Under the pieces are notes generated by a model that saw only the letters and a program-made list of their open reading frames with translations, had not been told where the DNA came from and made no database searches. Made by a program: the position numbers and the translations under genes. A stretch of 64,000 nt of DNA from Rotaria socialis (taxonomy: Eukaryota): the NCBI GenBank assembly GCA_905331295.1, contig CAJNYD010000157.1:1-64000 (forward strand), in the 5' to 3' direction. Positions 21,809-37,636 of this stretch are shown piece after piece (the first letter of the stretch is position 1; every line of letters begins with the position of its first letter).

Positions 21809-23342
21809 TAGGGATGCAACAGTGACGAAGGCACACCGGTCCACCGTCGCCGTTCCCACCGGTTATTACGGTGCACCGTCACCGTTCCCACCGGTTCTTA
21901 CGGTGCACCACTACCGTTCCCACCGGTTATTACGGTGCACCGTCACCGCTCCCACCGGTTCTTACCGGTCACCGCCACCAGTGCCTACCAATCTAATTCT
22001 CACCGATCTTACCAGTCTTTACTGAACTTAGGGATCTAATTATAACTTCATAATCAATCTAATGTGTTATCGCTAATATTACTAAATAGAAATATAATGC
22101 TTCGGCCCTTTTAGTTCTAACTTTCAACTTCTAAATTGTTATTATCCGACTGAAAATGAATTCTAATTATACCATTAAACAATTACTGTAAATACTTCTA
22201 TATATGAGTTCTAAGATACTGTAAATTTTAACCTATTGTATTTAAAATGACAGCTAATTGTTCACTATTAAATAGATCAAAACGAATTAGTAGGCTTGAA
22301 GCTATGTTCTGCCCATGTCGCACATTTTTTTTCACTACCGCCGGTATACCGCGGTACTCATAATAACCGGCGGTGTTCCGGCAGTTTACCGGCGGCAGCG
22401 CTTATAAGCTCCGGTCCCGGCTAAAAAGGCTTCCAGAAACCGTTTTTTATCAAATCCCGATTTATTTCTGGAAAAGAATTCGAATTAATCAGAAACAAAA
22501 CAATTTCAGAATATATTTTGCGAATTGTTATTTTTACAGCGACATCTTTAATAAAATATTTATCTCATAAATGGGACCGATTTGAGCTCTGTGGCTATTA
22601 CAGGCGACTCAGGCACATCGATATTATCAGAGTGCATCGAATTCAACACGATTCTGTCGGTTTTAACAGACTTGAAAAATATTCAGTAGTTTTTATACTG
22701 CACAAAATGATGCATCACTTTCATAAAAAACCGCCGGTTTTTTCCGGTTTGAATCACATGGGTGTACAAAGAGTGGTTTAATGGATAAATGCGCCACGAT
22801 AGCAAGAAAGTTAACAATTTTTAATATGTAACACCAATACACCTTTTAACTTTTATCGATAAAAATTCAAGTTATATGATGAGAAGTTATACCTCGACAA
22901 AGTGAGATACCTGACTTCTAAGTAATTCTTTTTGTTAGAAACATGCGATATTGATTGAGATATGAAGTATAATAATTACACTTGCTCTATAGAGTCAAAA
23001 ATCATCGATAATCTTGATTTAGAATTTCTAATACTGTTAATGAAATATAAAGCGAAATTATACCTGATACTAACAGCAGTTATTTTGATGAAAATAATTA
23101 ATGTTATTTAAATCGTTTTAGCTAAGCAAATTCCCGCGTAATCGAGACTAGCTTCCCACGAATACAGGTAATATTGGCCGACGGGACTGGTAAAATGGTT
23201 TTGAAAGTACTAATATATGGAAGAAACAGTGAAAAAGTAGCCAATGGGATCGATACAAATGACAGGTGACGGTGCCCCGTAACAACCGGTGGGAACGGTG
23301 ACGGTGAAACCGGTGACGAATACCGTCACCGTTGCACACCTA
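21809..23342. mobile_element. hAT-type non-autonomous element
   Basis: TIR TAGGGATGCAAC / GTTGCACACCTA. 8-bp TSD TCTAGTAC at 21801-21808 and 23343-23350. About 30-33-bp caccgt..ccgttcccaccggtt tandem repeats at the left end are mirrored at the right end. Confidence 0.9.
22312..22762. mobile_element. Small nested element with CCCATGT...ACATGGG termini
   Basis: 7-bp terminal inverted match, candidate 2-bp TSD TG, and ccgg/ccgccgg subterminal motifs at both ends. Confidence 0.5.
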
Positions 23343-24807
23343 TCTAGTACTATCTGCATGATACGAATTTTATTTTTATTCTTCTGAAGGACTGCTCCCG
23401 GTACTTCCTCAAAATGTTTGGGATATGAAAAGAGGATATCCTCTTCGGCGACATCCGAATAAATCATATTGATTACGATTACGATATTTTGAAACTGGCA
23501 AGGTCACTTATTTTTTGACTCAACAGAATAATCACGTATAAAATTTTCAACTTTTATGCGGGAAAATTTCTGAACGACACATAGAGTATCCTCTTAAATT
23601 ATATCATTAATCACAAATGGCAAACCTTACGTGTGGATTTAACCCATTCCAGTAAGATAAAAGTGATGCCCACGCATCGATCTGTCATACAGGTTCTCAT
23701 AAAAAAAACTATATAGACCTGTTCATTTATGCATGTGCCCTCCTTTAAAATTCACCAAGCTCATATCAAAATACAGACACATGACATGCCAGTGAATGCT
23801 GTCTCCTGTAAAATATCTCTGTAGGTGTTACAGAACTCGAACATTGATACATATCGCTAAAAGTATGAAAGAGGATTACGATTGATCCATAACAACAGAT
23901 CAGCATTGAATCTTTTGCACAAGCAAAAGATCTATACTCAATAATTATGTCCTTGCTTTCTGTGGATAATTTATGACATATCTCAAGGATTATTGTTCTT
24001 GCTTTTTTTCTTTATCAACTATCAAAAAGGAATAGCAGATATTCTCTGCTTCAATAATTAACGAAGCATTTCGGCAACAACATTTTCATACACAGCACAA
24101 CTTGATAAGAAATTCAAAAAAAAATTGAATTTCCATCAGTCGTCTGATATGTGTATCATACTTGATCTACTCTATTTTGGAATCCGTAAACTGAGTTTTC
24201 ATTAGTTTCGTGTTACTCGAAAATTCATCAATTTAAGTTGATATATAATTAGAAAGATTAAAGACGTCCTACTCAATTCATTCTTTTATTGATTATGGTT
24301 TTTCATACCAAAATAGTTCACGCTTTATTAATTCGATATATATTTTTTTTTTAAATCTTTTTTAAACACAGAAACACTCATCATACAATTATATATCGCC
24401 TAGAACGACGTACAAAAATAGAGTTTATACCAACATACAAAAAAGAAAATACAGACGAACACACGATTACAAAAAAAGAAACGAAACAGATCTATGATAA
24501 TTTTTCTGATAACAAAAAACAATGAAGCTAGATTTGCACTATGAAGTACAAAAAAACACATATTTTTCATTCTTTCTTTTGACTTTAATATACAACCGGC
24601 TAAGACAAACAAATATCTTGTCTATAATATTACGATAAACATAAGTAGAAGTAAGGATTTGAGATTGAGTGTAAATATATGTATGAAAAATCATATTTAC
24701 ATGGAAAAGACAACATTTGACTTCTGATTATTATATGCATGTATATATTTATATACAGGTCGAGAATATCCAAATGTAAGACGTATGATAGTTAATTCGA
24801 AATTTGA

Positions 24808-27800
24808 CTAGTCTGAGGACGGAGAATCATTGCTATTATTTTCATTTTCTTCTTCATCTTCATTTTGTTCGATATCAGTATTTTCATCATGATTATTTGT
24901 CATTCGATCTTCATCCGATGATGATGTCACAGATTTCGCTATACGAGCTCGTCGCCGTGTATGTTGATTATTGTCTATAGTTTTTATCGGCGACGGATTT
25001 GACCGTCGCAATCGTTTTGAACGCCGTTGTGCTCTTGTCTTTTCTTCATCGCTTTCTTCTTCTTCATCAGCTTCACGATAATTTTTACGTGTACCTACGT
25101 AAACGAGAATAAAATTCAATTATTATTCTCAATAATAAACTATAATTAAAATTTTATTAATCGAAATCTCTGCCTTTCGAATCAAATTTATAACTCGAAT
25201 AGTCGACAATTTGTTTTTACGAAGATGAGTGAATCAATCTATTATTACGAATTGTTTTTCTAATTGTCATTCAATAGCGGTGCTGTTTCATTTTTTTGTT
25301 CATTCCCTTCAGTTATTATTAAAACAACAGTTGTAAAACGTTGCCTATTCTCAGAAAATCATTATCATATAAGATCGAGCTCATTCTTTAATAGAACGAT
25401 ATCTTACTTTTACGTGTCCCATTTTGTTTTTGTGTTTGAATTCGATTTTTATCCTTCGATTTTTTTGCTGTTTTTTTTACTTTCGATTGCCGTGATGAAT
25501 AATTATTTTCATTGGTAAGACCATTTCGACAATTATTACATATCCATGTTGTTGATCTCGGCGGACATCTCAATGGTGGTTCATGACATTGGCAATGATA
25601 GTATTGACGACATTGTGTACATAAAATTAAATCAGTGTCCACACCGCAAATACTGCATATATTATCATCGACTTCCATATTATTATTATGATTATTATTA
25701 TCCTCCTCCTCCTCCTCCTCCTCTTCCTGATCCTCATTATCAGTATCTGATTCTGATAAATGAGCATTATTACGTTCATTACTGCTTGTATTTGATGTTG
25801 ACTGAACTTCCATTTCATCTTCATAAATATCATCATTTTCATTATAATCAATTTTTTGTTTATCTTGTTTAGCACGTCGTTTCGATGCTGCTGTTGATGG
25901 TCGACATGCCGGGCAATACCATAGTTCATTAGCAGAAGTTTTAACATTATCTGAGTAACCACGTAAACATTCTTGATGAAAACCATAACAACATTGATCG
26001 CACACAATAATATATTCATCTTTATGTTTTTTTCGGCAAATTTTACATTTAACACCAAGCGTAGATTTATTCCATGTTATAGAATTTTCAAATATCATCA
26101 TTAAAACATATAAACGTGAATAGGTTTTACATGCTCGACAGTCATTCATCCAGATTTGTAAATATTTTCTATCCGAACAATTAAATATACCGGTTGCAAA
26201 TTTATCAGCAACTGTTTGTTGTAATTGTATAAGTAATTCAGCAAGATCAATGCGTTCAGTTGATTGTTTTAATTTCGTTTGCCAGTCATTAAGATTATCG
26301 TTGGCAATGAATCCGCCCAATGAACCGAGACGTAAACGTGTTTCAATATCTTCAAGTTCAGTTTTAAACGATGGAATTATATCATGAGCTGTATCAGTGT
26401 TTTCATCTTGTTGTTCAATAGAAGTTTTAGATTTTTTTGCTTGTTCAAATTCAGTATGAATGAAGGGTATGACTTTTTTAAGATTAACTGATAGATTATG
26501 TTCACGTATACCACGATCATTTAATGAATGTAATAATTGTTGAATTGTAATTTCGTCATCATAAAGAAACCATTGGTTGGGCTCATCTTTAGGAATTGAT
26601 TTTTCGCCAATGACAGGAGGAATTGTTTCTTGCGATGATGATGATTGAGCAGAATAATTTATATCTGTACCCATCCAACCTGAATGAAAATAAAAAGATT
26701 CTGAACGAGAACCAAAGAACACTATGTCATTAATCAGAAAGAATGAAGGTTTATCTAAAATGTTTATACTAGGAAACCTTTTCAGCACAATCGAGTACAA
26801 TAAGAAGTGTTTTTTTCTTTCTCTAAACAGATATTAGTATGTTACCATACCTTTTTCAATAAATAAACCTGGAAAACCTCGAAAATACCAATAGCGATTA
26901 TAATTGCGATCGTAGCCTAATGGTTTAATGCGAAAACCATATTGTAAATTGAGATATGCATCCTATAAAAATAAAACACAAATAGTTCATTTCGATTTAA
27001 TATTATAATGATTCGTACTTGATAGATTTGTTCAGCTTTTTGAATAGCTAATTGGCGTTTTTGCTGAATTTGAAGTTTTTGTGCTTCAATTTCACGTTTT
27101 TCTTTCAATTCTTTTGACATAGCAACCATTTGTCGTCGTCGTTGTAAAACAGTTTTAAGATCATCATCATTTCCATTTTCAATATCGCCATTTTCATCAA
27201 CAATTAACGGTGATGTTTGTCGATTTTCATCATTTGCTGTTCCATTGCTATTCTTCGGTGTTATTAATGGACCAATTTTAGTTTGTTTTTTTGATGAAAC
27301 TTTTTCATTATCACCATTTTGTAATTGTAATTTCTTCTGTTTACTTTCTTCTTCTTGAGCACGACGACGTTCAGATATTAATTGATTACGTTCACGAGAT
27401 GCTTCGGACATCGTGCGTGTTAAATATTCAAAATAATCAGACATAAGTTCATTGTCCGTCGTGATTGTATTGACCAATAATAGAAGAAGATCAATCTATA
27501 CAAAAAATGGAGATACATAGAAACGGTCCCATATGCACATTGACAGAACTCATCGGACCCAAGATTTTTGAAGCAGAATGATAAGGTCTAGTTATGAGTC
27601 ACGAACTTTCTGTGTATAATGAATAAGCATTGAGTGTTTGCCTATTCACGGATGACATCCTGAGGTTCCTAATCATTGGACGCTATCTGTCGATTAGAAT
27701 ATCATAAGCTCCGAACTATAATTTTCTATTAAAAAATTTTTTTTCTACTTGAATACTCAGTTTCATATGCTTAGTTTTTTATTTGATGGAACGCTTCGAT

Positions 27801-30554
27801 GTGTAATGAACAAAACTTACTTGTTCTGGAATCGATAAATCTCTTGTTTCACAATTGGCTAATTTATCTAATATAATTTGATTACTATCATCTTTTTCTT
27901 TCAATAGATATAGTCGTGTTAATTCCTGACATGTAAATGGTGTCAATGGTATTTGAGATAACTGAATCGAATAAACCTGTTCAATGTCTTTATCAACATC
28001 GATGGGTTCATTCAGATTTTTATTCTTTGTATCTTCTTCATTTTTCTTATCTTCATTTTCACCGTCTTCACTTTCTTCCTCATCATTTGAACGATTTTCA
28101 TCTTCTTTAAATAATAATTTCATAAATATTTGTAAAATTTCAATAAAATAATTCGAAAATATCGTTGTAGATGTATTAAGTAAATAATTAAATTTAAACG
28201 AACGTAAATATAATTGTGTTGTTTTAGGTATATCATCATTTAATGATAAATAAAATAATGAATGACATGATGTTAAAAATGTTGATATCATAAGTAAATC
28301 ACTTATGGATTTTGATGATATAGACAATGTTGTATGAACTTGTTTGGCTACTGGTAGATCTTTTGTTAATGTTAAATCGAGATCTTCAATAGGCTTTTGT
28401 TCTAAACGTTTGGTTTGAAGAAATAATTTTTTTTCTTCATCTGTCATTTGTGATAAACGTCGTTTTAATTCAAGCTCTTCAAATTTAACTTGAATCAATG
28501 TACGATATTCATCAGGTAAACGTAAACGTTGTTTATCGTTCAATATTCGTGCGCAATGAAGAATAACGCGATGAAAAAATTTCGAGTCCATACCACGATC
28601 ACGACGTGCTTTATCTAATTTTTGTAGTAGAGAATGTGGAACAACAACATCATACGTTGTTACAGATGATCTTTCTAATAAGTCGTTATGATTAGTTGAA
28701 TTTTTAGTAAATTTCATATCTTCCAATGTTAATTGTTTTTTTGGTTTCGATGGAGGTTTAGATGAATTTTGAGGTTTTTTACTTGGTGATGACGATGGTT
28801 GCGCCGAATTTTTCGAACCTGCCGGAGCTGATTTGACTTGTTTAAGTTTTTTCTCTTTCGGAACTTTTGATTTCTTCTCGGCGGAAGATTTTGGTTTTTT
28901 TTCATCAGAAACTTTCGGTATTCGATCATCATCGGACAAAACTATTTGAAAATCATCGAAATGACTGTTTGGAACAGGAGCTAAAAGTTAAAGAAAAAAA
29001 TGCTGTATTATTCCGTGAAGAAAACTATTAATTGAACAGAAATCGTAAGGATGAGTTTTGAAGGTTAGCGAACTCTATCAATTAGACATATAGGAGAAGG
29101 TTCTCAAGCTCTAGACTCTCTAGTTTAGTTATTCTAGGTTTTTCAGCGTGCAGGAGACTAGATGCATGTGATAAAGGTACTTATCACGCTATCGGATGAG
29201 TGATCCGAGACAAACATCGGTGAGTAACTTGCCCCATAGCTAACGGCATCAGACTTTGAACACTGGATATGTTTCTCGTTCTATTTATTCGTTTTAAACT
29301 TTTGTAATTCTCTGTTTTGAATTTTCTACTTACTGTTATTATTGATTTCATTGGATTTATTTTTTTCTGCAAGAGCAGCAGCTTCTTCTTCAGCTTGTTT
29401 ACGTGCAATTCGTTCTTGTTCGCGGAGAATTTCCTATTCGACAAATCACATAAAAATGAATTGTTGTTCAAATAGGAGGGAAAAAAATCGTCATTTACAT
29501 CAAGTGTAATTGTCATGGATTTCTTCATTTTATCAACCATTTCTAATGGGATCAAATCTTTTATTTCATATTTAGTTTTAATTGAATCATCATAAAATAT
29601 CCACGGGCTATCAGCTCGATTGCCAAGTCTTAAAGAATGTGAACGAATAAATGTTTTTAATTTTTCACGATTAGGAATAAAACTGCATCGTCTAAAAAAA
29701 ACAAAGTGCAAACATAATTTTTACTCAATAGCAATCCTGATTTTCGGCTCTTACTGTAATTCACTAGGCAAAACATTATTAACTACACGATCTTCATCTG
29801 TTAATCGAATAGCATATTTCACATTTTTCATTTGCTATTTAATAAAAAATAAACATTATTTCGATTATACAAAAATAAAATGGTACTCTGTCTGATGGTA
29901 GTTTTGCTTGAACAGATGCTCGTTCAGATGTTCGTTTTTTTGAATCATCATTATAATCTTCGATTCGTTCGACAACTCCTTTTACACTATTTAATATTGA
30001 GAAGAAAAAAAATTATTAAAAAAGAATAGCATATAAAAAAATATTACGTTGTATTATCCTTTTTCTTTTTAAATTGAACAGGTTCACCAACAACAAAACA
30101 TTGACTAAAATAGAAAATAAGTATGAATGTAGAACGCAATCGAACATTTCATACCCAAGTATAATCGATATTTCTTCCGCCAGTTTCTCTAATGGTTTCA
30201 CATCTATAAATGAAACAATAATTAAATATCAAATCTTAAAAAGAAAACGAAAAGATTTTCCTTACTATGATGTATAATATCAAAAATTGGTTTATTAAAA
30301 TACTCCGGTACAATTGATGCTAATGATTTTCTTGCTTCGATTTCCGATTCAAATGCTTCGTTGTGTGTGAGACCTGCTCTCCATGAAGATTCACAAGTCC
30401 ATCGTTCCAAAGCATAAGCTTTTTTTAATTTTTCATACAAAGTTTGATTATGAAATTTTTCACCTGTATGTTCAATTGTATAAATTTCTTCACTATCTTC
30501 TTTTAAATCATCATCATGACTACGCTGAAATAATCTTCGTCCGAATAGAGGCAT
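24808..30554 (-). CDS. BAZ1: BAZ1-family (WSTF/ACF1-like) ISWI accessory subunit: WAC, DDT-like, WHIM/WSD and two PHD fingers; multi-exon
   Basis: WAC N-terminus MPLFGRRLF...WTCESSWRAGLTHNEAFESE. FIRSHSLRLG..DSPW. PLGYDRNYNRYWYF and LNDRGIREHNL motifs. PHDs CKICRKK..CDQC..FHQEC..WYCPAC and CSICG..CTQC..YHCQC..WICNNC. The last exon stops at 24808. Confidence 0.85.
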
Positions 30555-31173
30555 TTAGCTAATTTTTTGTTTTCTTAAAAAATAATATTCATATCTAAAG
30601 ATAACATATATTAAGGTAATTTTCTATTTGATTGTCATTACATTTATTTTAATAATTTCGACTTTTTTTCTTTTGTATCAAGATTTCTGTTATAAACGTC
30701 TTGATAAAAATAAAATAAAATAAAAATACCAGTTCTGGAATTGAAAGATAAAATACATCGATACAAAACAAAAATAATTATTTTCTTTCCCGATATTATA
30801 CATACGACTAATCTAAGTAGAGACGCAAGAAGTTTGTTTCATTAATTTAATAAAATACGCGACAAGCAAATGGGTTACTGTACGAAAGACTTTCGATTCT
30901 AATTATGATAGAAGCAAAACAAGAAGAAGAAGAAGAAGAAAATAAAACGACACCGGCTAATAGGAAGAGATAATAAAAGAACTTTGTTTGTAGTTTTGTT
31001 TTTTACACATAGGAAAAGCCCCTCAAACCACGTATTGTTTTTGATGCATACTGGGCTCTTTTTAAGAGTCGAAATCAATGATAAATTCTTGTCTGTGTTT
31101 CAAATTTAAAAAAATAAAGAACGAGCGAGAAAATGAAACTACATCTACCGATTTTAATAAATAGAGGAGCGCT

Positions 31174-33510
31174 TTATTGTGTCTCTTTGTCTGTACCGCT
31201 GGGCGAATCTTCACCAGTATTCAACGAACTACGACGTTCATTATTCATTGTAAGAATAAATTCATTGATGTTATCCCGAAAGTGAGACCAAACCTTTTCT
31301 GGTATTGTAATTGCTGTTCGGAAATTAGGACGAACCTAATTATTATAAGGACGTAGAGCTATAATTTGAAAATAAATTGTCATACTTCCGCTATGCGTAA
31401 GAAAATGCCGCGATCATTTGAGCCACAATCAAAGTAGAAATTTTTATTACCAACATGCAGATATTTACTTTCCGGTAATTGTGCAGGTTCTAAAATAAAA
31501 TTATAGAATAAATAACTCAATCTATCTATGTTGTAAAAGCTAAAAAAATAATTTTTCATTTCCGCTAAAACGAATATCTCATTTTTTTTGTCAAGAAAAA
31601 CAAGCTCTATGAGTGTTAATTCAGCCTATATAGAGTGCCATCTCAACTTCTCCACACTCAATGAAACATGATGGCGAGGTCTTCATAGAAAACAGTCACC
31701 CAAACTATTCTTAGACAAATAATCCGACAGAATAACAATTGATTAAAATCTTGTTTAAATAGAATACTAATTCGGTTGATTGTATGTTTGAAGTGAAACC
31801 TATGAAATTTTATCGGCTAGAAAAAAGAATGTTAATGGCGTAGTTGTATTACAAGCAACCGAAAATATTGCACAACAGATTTTTAACTTTTTCAAAAGCA
31901 GTTTTAAGAAAGAAACCATATTTGTTTCGCACACTAATTTTAACCGGCTACGGTTGAATCGCTGGGAGATTTTGTTCGAAAACTTTTCTGCTATAGATTA
32001 TGCTGAAATAAATATGAATAACTGATTTAATCATTTGGCGATTGATTAATCAAGAGAATAGCAATATGACACGAGTCAGCATTACAAATTTGCGTACGCG
32101 ACAACTATGATATCAGACGCAAAACTTTCTCATGGTTCGCACCCAAATGACACGATAATATTAATAGGCTAAGAATCCAAATTTTTCGTATTTCTCATAG
32201 AAATATTTTTACCTTACATTGATGCTTGATTACAAGATAGCCGTGAGAATTGGTTGAACCTCAACAAGAATGACATCCCTACTAGACTAATGAATAGTTT
32301 CAATGATAAAACTCAAAAGATGGCATTAGATGCAAGTGACCTATCTCAAATTTGTGTCATCGTTGACTTATTCAATCGAACATAAAAACAGAAGATTTTT
32401 CCTTGATATTTTCTCATAACTATCGTTGATACAACTGTTAAATTGATAAGAAATGTTAACTTACGTATTGCAGGTAACGATTCGATACTGTCTAAATAGA
32501 AAAGATAAAATCTAAAATATTGCTAAATTAAAGAATAACTCTGTTTTCTGCTATCGAGTATTGTCTACCGGGCTAGATTCATTATTAACTCAATATTGAG
32601 TCTAAAAAGAAGTTAATCTAATCTGCAATTCGTCTGCTTAGTTCACTTACTTGAACTAAGTCAGCATAAGAGCCACTACACGTCACAATATAGTCGATGG
32701 CCTATCGACTGAGGGTACAAAAATTTAATTAGTATACTTTTTAGAATCGTTGAGAGTGAGTTTCGTATTTTGAAAAACAAAAACCCAGCTATGGTTCTAT
32801 CTTACCATGATCATCATCATCATCATTTCCAAATTCTTCAACAAGACTTGCTAAGGTTGTGCAGAGTTCTCCTACACCTTGTGCTGGTATGGCAATTTGT
32901 GTTCGGGGTGTATGAATGCCAACCATAGAAATACGTAAAAATCTTCCACGCTCGTTTTCCTTCAAATCAAGGTAATATTTTCGATCGTCACGCGATATAA
33001 CAGCTGATCGAAGTTGATCTGCATTCATCATTTGTTCGCCTTAAAAACAAAACGAAATTTTCATCAGAATAAATGAAAGAAAAATTCTGTTTTTCAAACC
33101 TAATGTACGAATGTATTCATCGAAGGTTTGTAAATGCTCGCGTAATTCACGTGCAACATTCATTGACATTAATATACGAGTTTTACGACCACCGGAGCTA
33201 ACCTATTTATTAAAGAGACAAGTTCATAAAAAAAGAAAGATCCTTAGGAATTTATTTACTTCAGCTATTTTTAAAAATCGACCACGTTGATTTTGTTTAA
33301 CGTCCAAATAGAAACGTTTTGATTGGATATGCAGTGCTTTACTTGCTAATTCTTCTTCATTGACCAACGGATTGCCACCTAGAAAAACATAACGAAATTC
33401 ATTAGCATAAGGAAATTCAAATTATTAAATAAAACACCTTGTTGCTCTGATTGCTGCATCCGATCACGATAACCACTGCGCGATGGGATTTTATAATCTC
33501 CTTCGGCCAT
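31174..33510 (-). CDS. PURA: Pur-alpha (purine-rich element binding protein), multi-exon
   Basis: Three PUR repeats across exons: [50 protein letters not shown] and [22 protein letters not shown]. Start MAEGDYK at 33510, stop at 31174. Confidence 0.92.
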
Positions 33511-34158
33511 TGAGAGAGTTTAACCGCAGACAGACGATAGACGCGTGGCGTTTTTTCTTCTTTTTCAAAAAAAAAGCAAAAACAAAATCCTCCCTCTCTC
33601 TCTCTCAATTGCACTCGTCAGATGTTGGCGTTTTCTCGCCGACGGATGACGCTTCTATTCCCGTCAATCTGAAACACAAAAATACTTGTTTGTGAATATG
33701 TGCTCTCTCACTCGCTGCAAGGAGTAATTGCAACATAACCACGGACGATATAATACTCATTCTCTCGTTCTTTCTTTTCTTCTTTGTGTATGTTTTTTGT
33801 CGTTCCTTATGAATAAATGATTGGTTCACGAAGGACACAGATACAAGTGTGATGGCCGCTTGTTTATTTTTGAGATAGAAGAAAAAAACATTATGTAGTC
33901 TTTTTTTTTCGTAATCTTTCGTTAAATTTTTTTTTCTAGAAACTTTCAGTTATCTATTTGTTTTTTTTTTCTATAGCGACATCTAGCACTTTTAATCGAT
34001 TGAAGCATTCATTTATACTACATGAGAACCAAAAAGTGTTTGCTTACTTATTTATTATTTTACATAGGCAATGATATGTGACAATCATTTGTTGTATTTG
34101 TAGATTTGTTTTATACATTCGTGTGGAAAGTTTATTCTTGTAAACGAAAGAATAGTAG

Positions 34159-35636
<1,478 letters not shown>

Positions 35637-36914
35637 TAGTGACCAATTAACGTATCATTCAACATTACTTAATTCATAATTCTTTTTTTTTTCTTTTTTT
35701 TTCTGTCATTGTTGTCGTACGCGTGTATGCTGTTTTCTCGTTTGTTTCTTTTACTCTACGGTCTTCTTCTTTTTTTTCAAAAAACTATTTACTATTTAAC
35801 ATAAATAAACACCAGTCTCGTCTTTTCGTGCAAAAAAACACAATACACACACATATACACACGTTCTCTATCATCACATTATGAGTGGATTCTTTTTTCA
35901 AATGATGTCAACTTTTCATTTCGTTTTATTGTTCTTGTTCTTTCTTGAATTATTTATATATGTATCTATCTAATTGCTCAGTGAAAGACCTATTTATTAT
36001 TACTCATGAGAATATATTCTGTTGGTTGTTTTTCTTTTTATTGAATACCAATAGGACTTCTTACAATTTAGAAAACGCGCGTACTTAAACGTTATTTGTA
36101 GAAGTAAAATAGACTATCAACTTAAAATTTGTACATGTTGGTATTTCGAAAACAAAAAAATATATACATAGAGAAAGAAATATTGATGACACAATAATAT
36201 TTGTATTTTTTATGTTGACTTTTTCCTTCGTAACACTGTGTATGTGTGTGTATAGTTTTTGCTCACTTGTCACAATTATCCTCCTCTTTATATCCAATTT
36301 TTCTTTTTTTTTCTTATTTCATGAACACAAAGAAAAATAAATATGAAATTTGATGGACCATTGAACATTTTTATTATTGCGGTAATAACAAGAAGAATTT
36401 CGGCAAGAATATTTGCTGAAACGTTCTCATAGAGAACGTAACACGTAGAAAGTTCTTCCAATTTACTCTCGCTTCCAAAAAGAAAAACAAAATTCTAGGG
36501 TATTTTGCGCGTCGAAGACAAGAAGAATAGACCAAAAAAAAAATAAAAGTTAAATAATTCCTTTTCCTTTTTTTTTTTGTTGATTCGCCGCTTATGAAGA
36601 CGGCAATGGCAGCAATTTTAATGTCGTCAGCCGTCCTGCGACCCTCCATTGAAGAAAAGAAAGAAGAAAATAAGAATGATCAAAGAGAAGAATATGAGTT
36701 TACAACATACAAAAAAAGGCGAAGGAAAAAAGAGAAAGTATAGAGCCTCAATTCGGTTGACACGTCTCATTTTACCATTCCAATCATAAACAGGCCGTAA
36801 CCATTCAGCTAAGTGATCTAATACAAAGACAAGCAGTGAAGCAGTAAGTATTTCTAGTATTACAGGAGGTGCTAAGTTGATACCTATGATTAGGAAAAAC
36901 CAATCGGCTCTACT

Positions 36915-37636
36915 ATGAGTAATAGCAATGGTGAGTGAATCATTTTTTAACACGTACTATTTGCATTGGATTATTCATCAGGCGCACCGTTGAAATCGAT
37001 AATCGAAACACCATTAACAGAGGCGCTTGTCAATGAACTTTTTCATCAACAAGATCAAGTAGGTTATTTTTTTCTATCTACATGAATGAAGATGAATGTT
37101 TCCTTTTTTCTTTTGTAAAGGATGGTTCGTTTCCGGCAACGGAATCACTTGGCAAAGTGTTCAATGTTGATTTCGAACGAATTAAACAGCAATTAAATGA
37201 AAAAGGCCTTCAAGCATCAAGTAAATAGACAAATCTATAAGCCATCCGGTGCGTCTGATTAAATTTCTTTAGTTTCCGACGAAGTTTATCGACTCATATC
37301 AACAGCTTCCGTCCTTTTCTACTTTTTATACAATAGTCAGAAGGCAAAATTTCCTATTGATATTGCAACTATTAATGAACTTGTAGCGAAAGCGCGAAGT
37401 GAATTAGAAAGTGTAAGTAGGGAAAAAACATTTCCGTGCGGAAAATAATCATTTTTTTCTCTTAGCTTTCACTCAAAGATGATCCAATCGTGCAAACATA
37501 TATTGATAAAGGTGAATTAGCTGTAAAATTTGTTATTAGTACACGTCAAAGGCATGATAATGTTTGTGCTAAGTTAAAATTACCTCAAACTAATTGGGAA
37601 TCATATATACAAACTTTAATGGGCTTAGAAAAATAG
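36915..37636 (+). CDS. Small five-exon helical protein of unknown function, weakly reminiscent of the VWA5A/PARP4 C-terminal region
   Basis: Exons join in frame through short GT-AG introns: MSNSNG|APLKSIIETPLTEALVNELFHQQDQ|DGSFPATESLGKVF...|...|...NWESYIQTLMGLEK*. The family hint rests on the L..QQ..DGSF motif only. Confidence 0.6.

Noticed and set aside
21835..21985. About 30-33-bp GC-rich tandem repeats
   Set aside because: They are subterminal repeats of the hAT element, have no spacers, and are not CRISPR.
36374..36953. Hydrophobic minus-strand ORFs
   Set aside because: They derive from A-rich non-coding sequence and have no domain or splice support.
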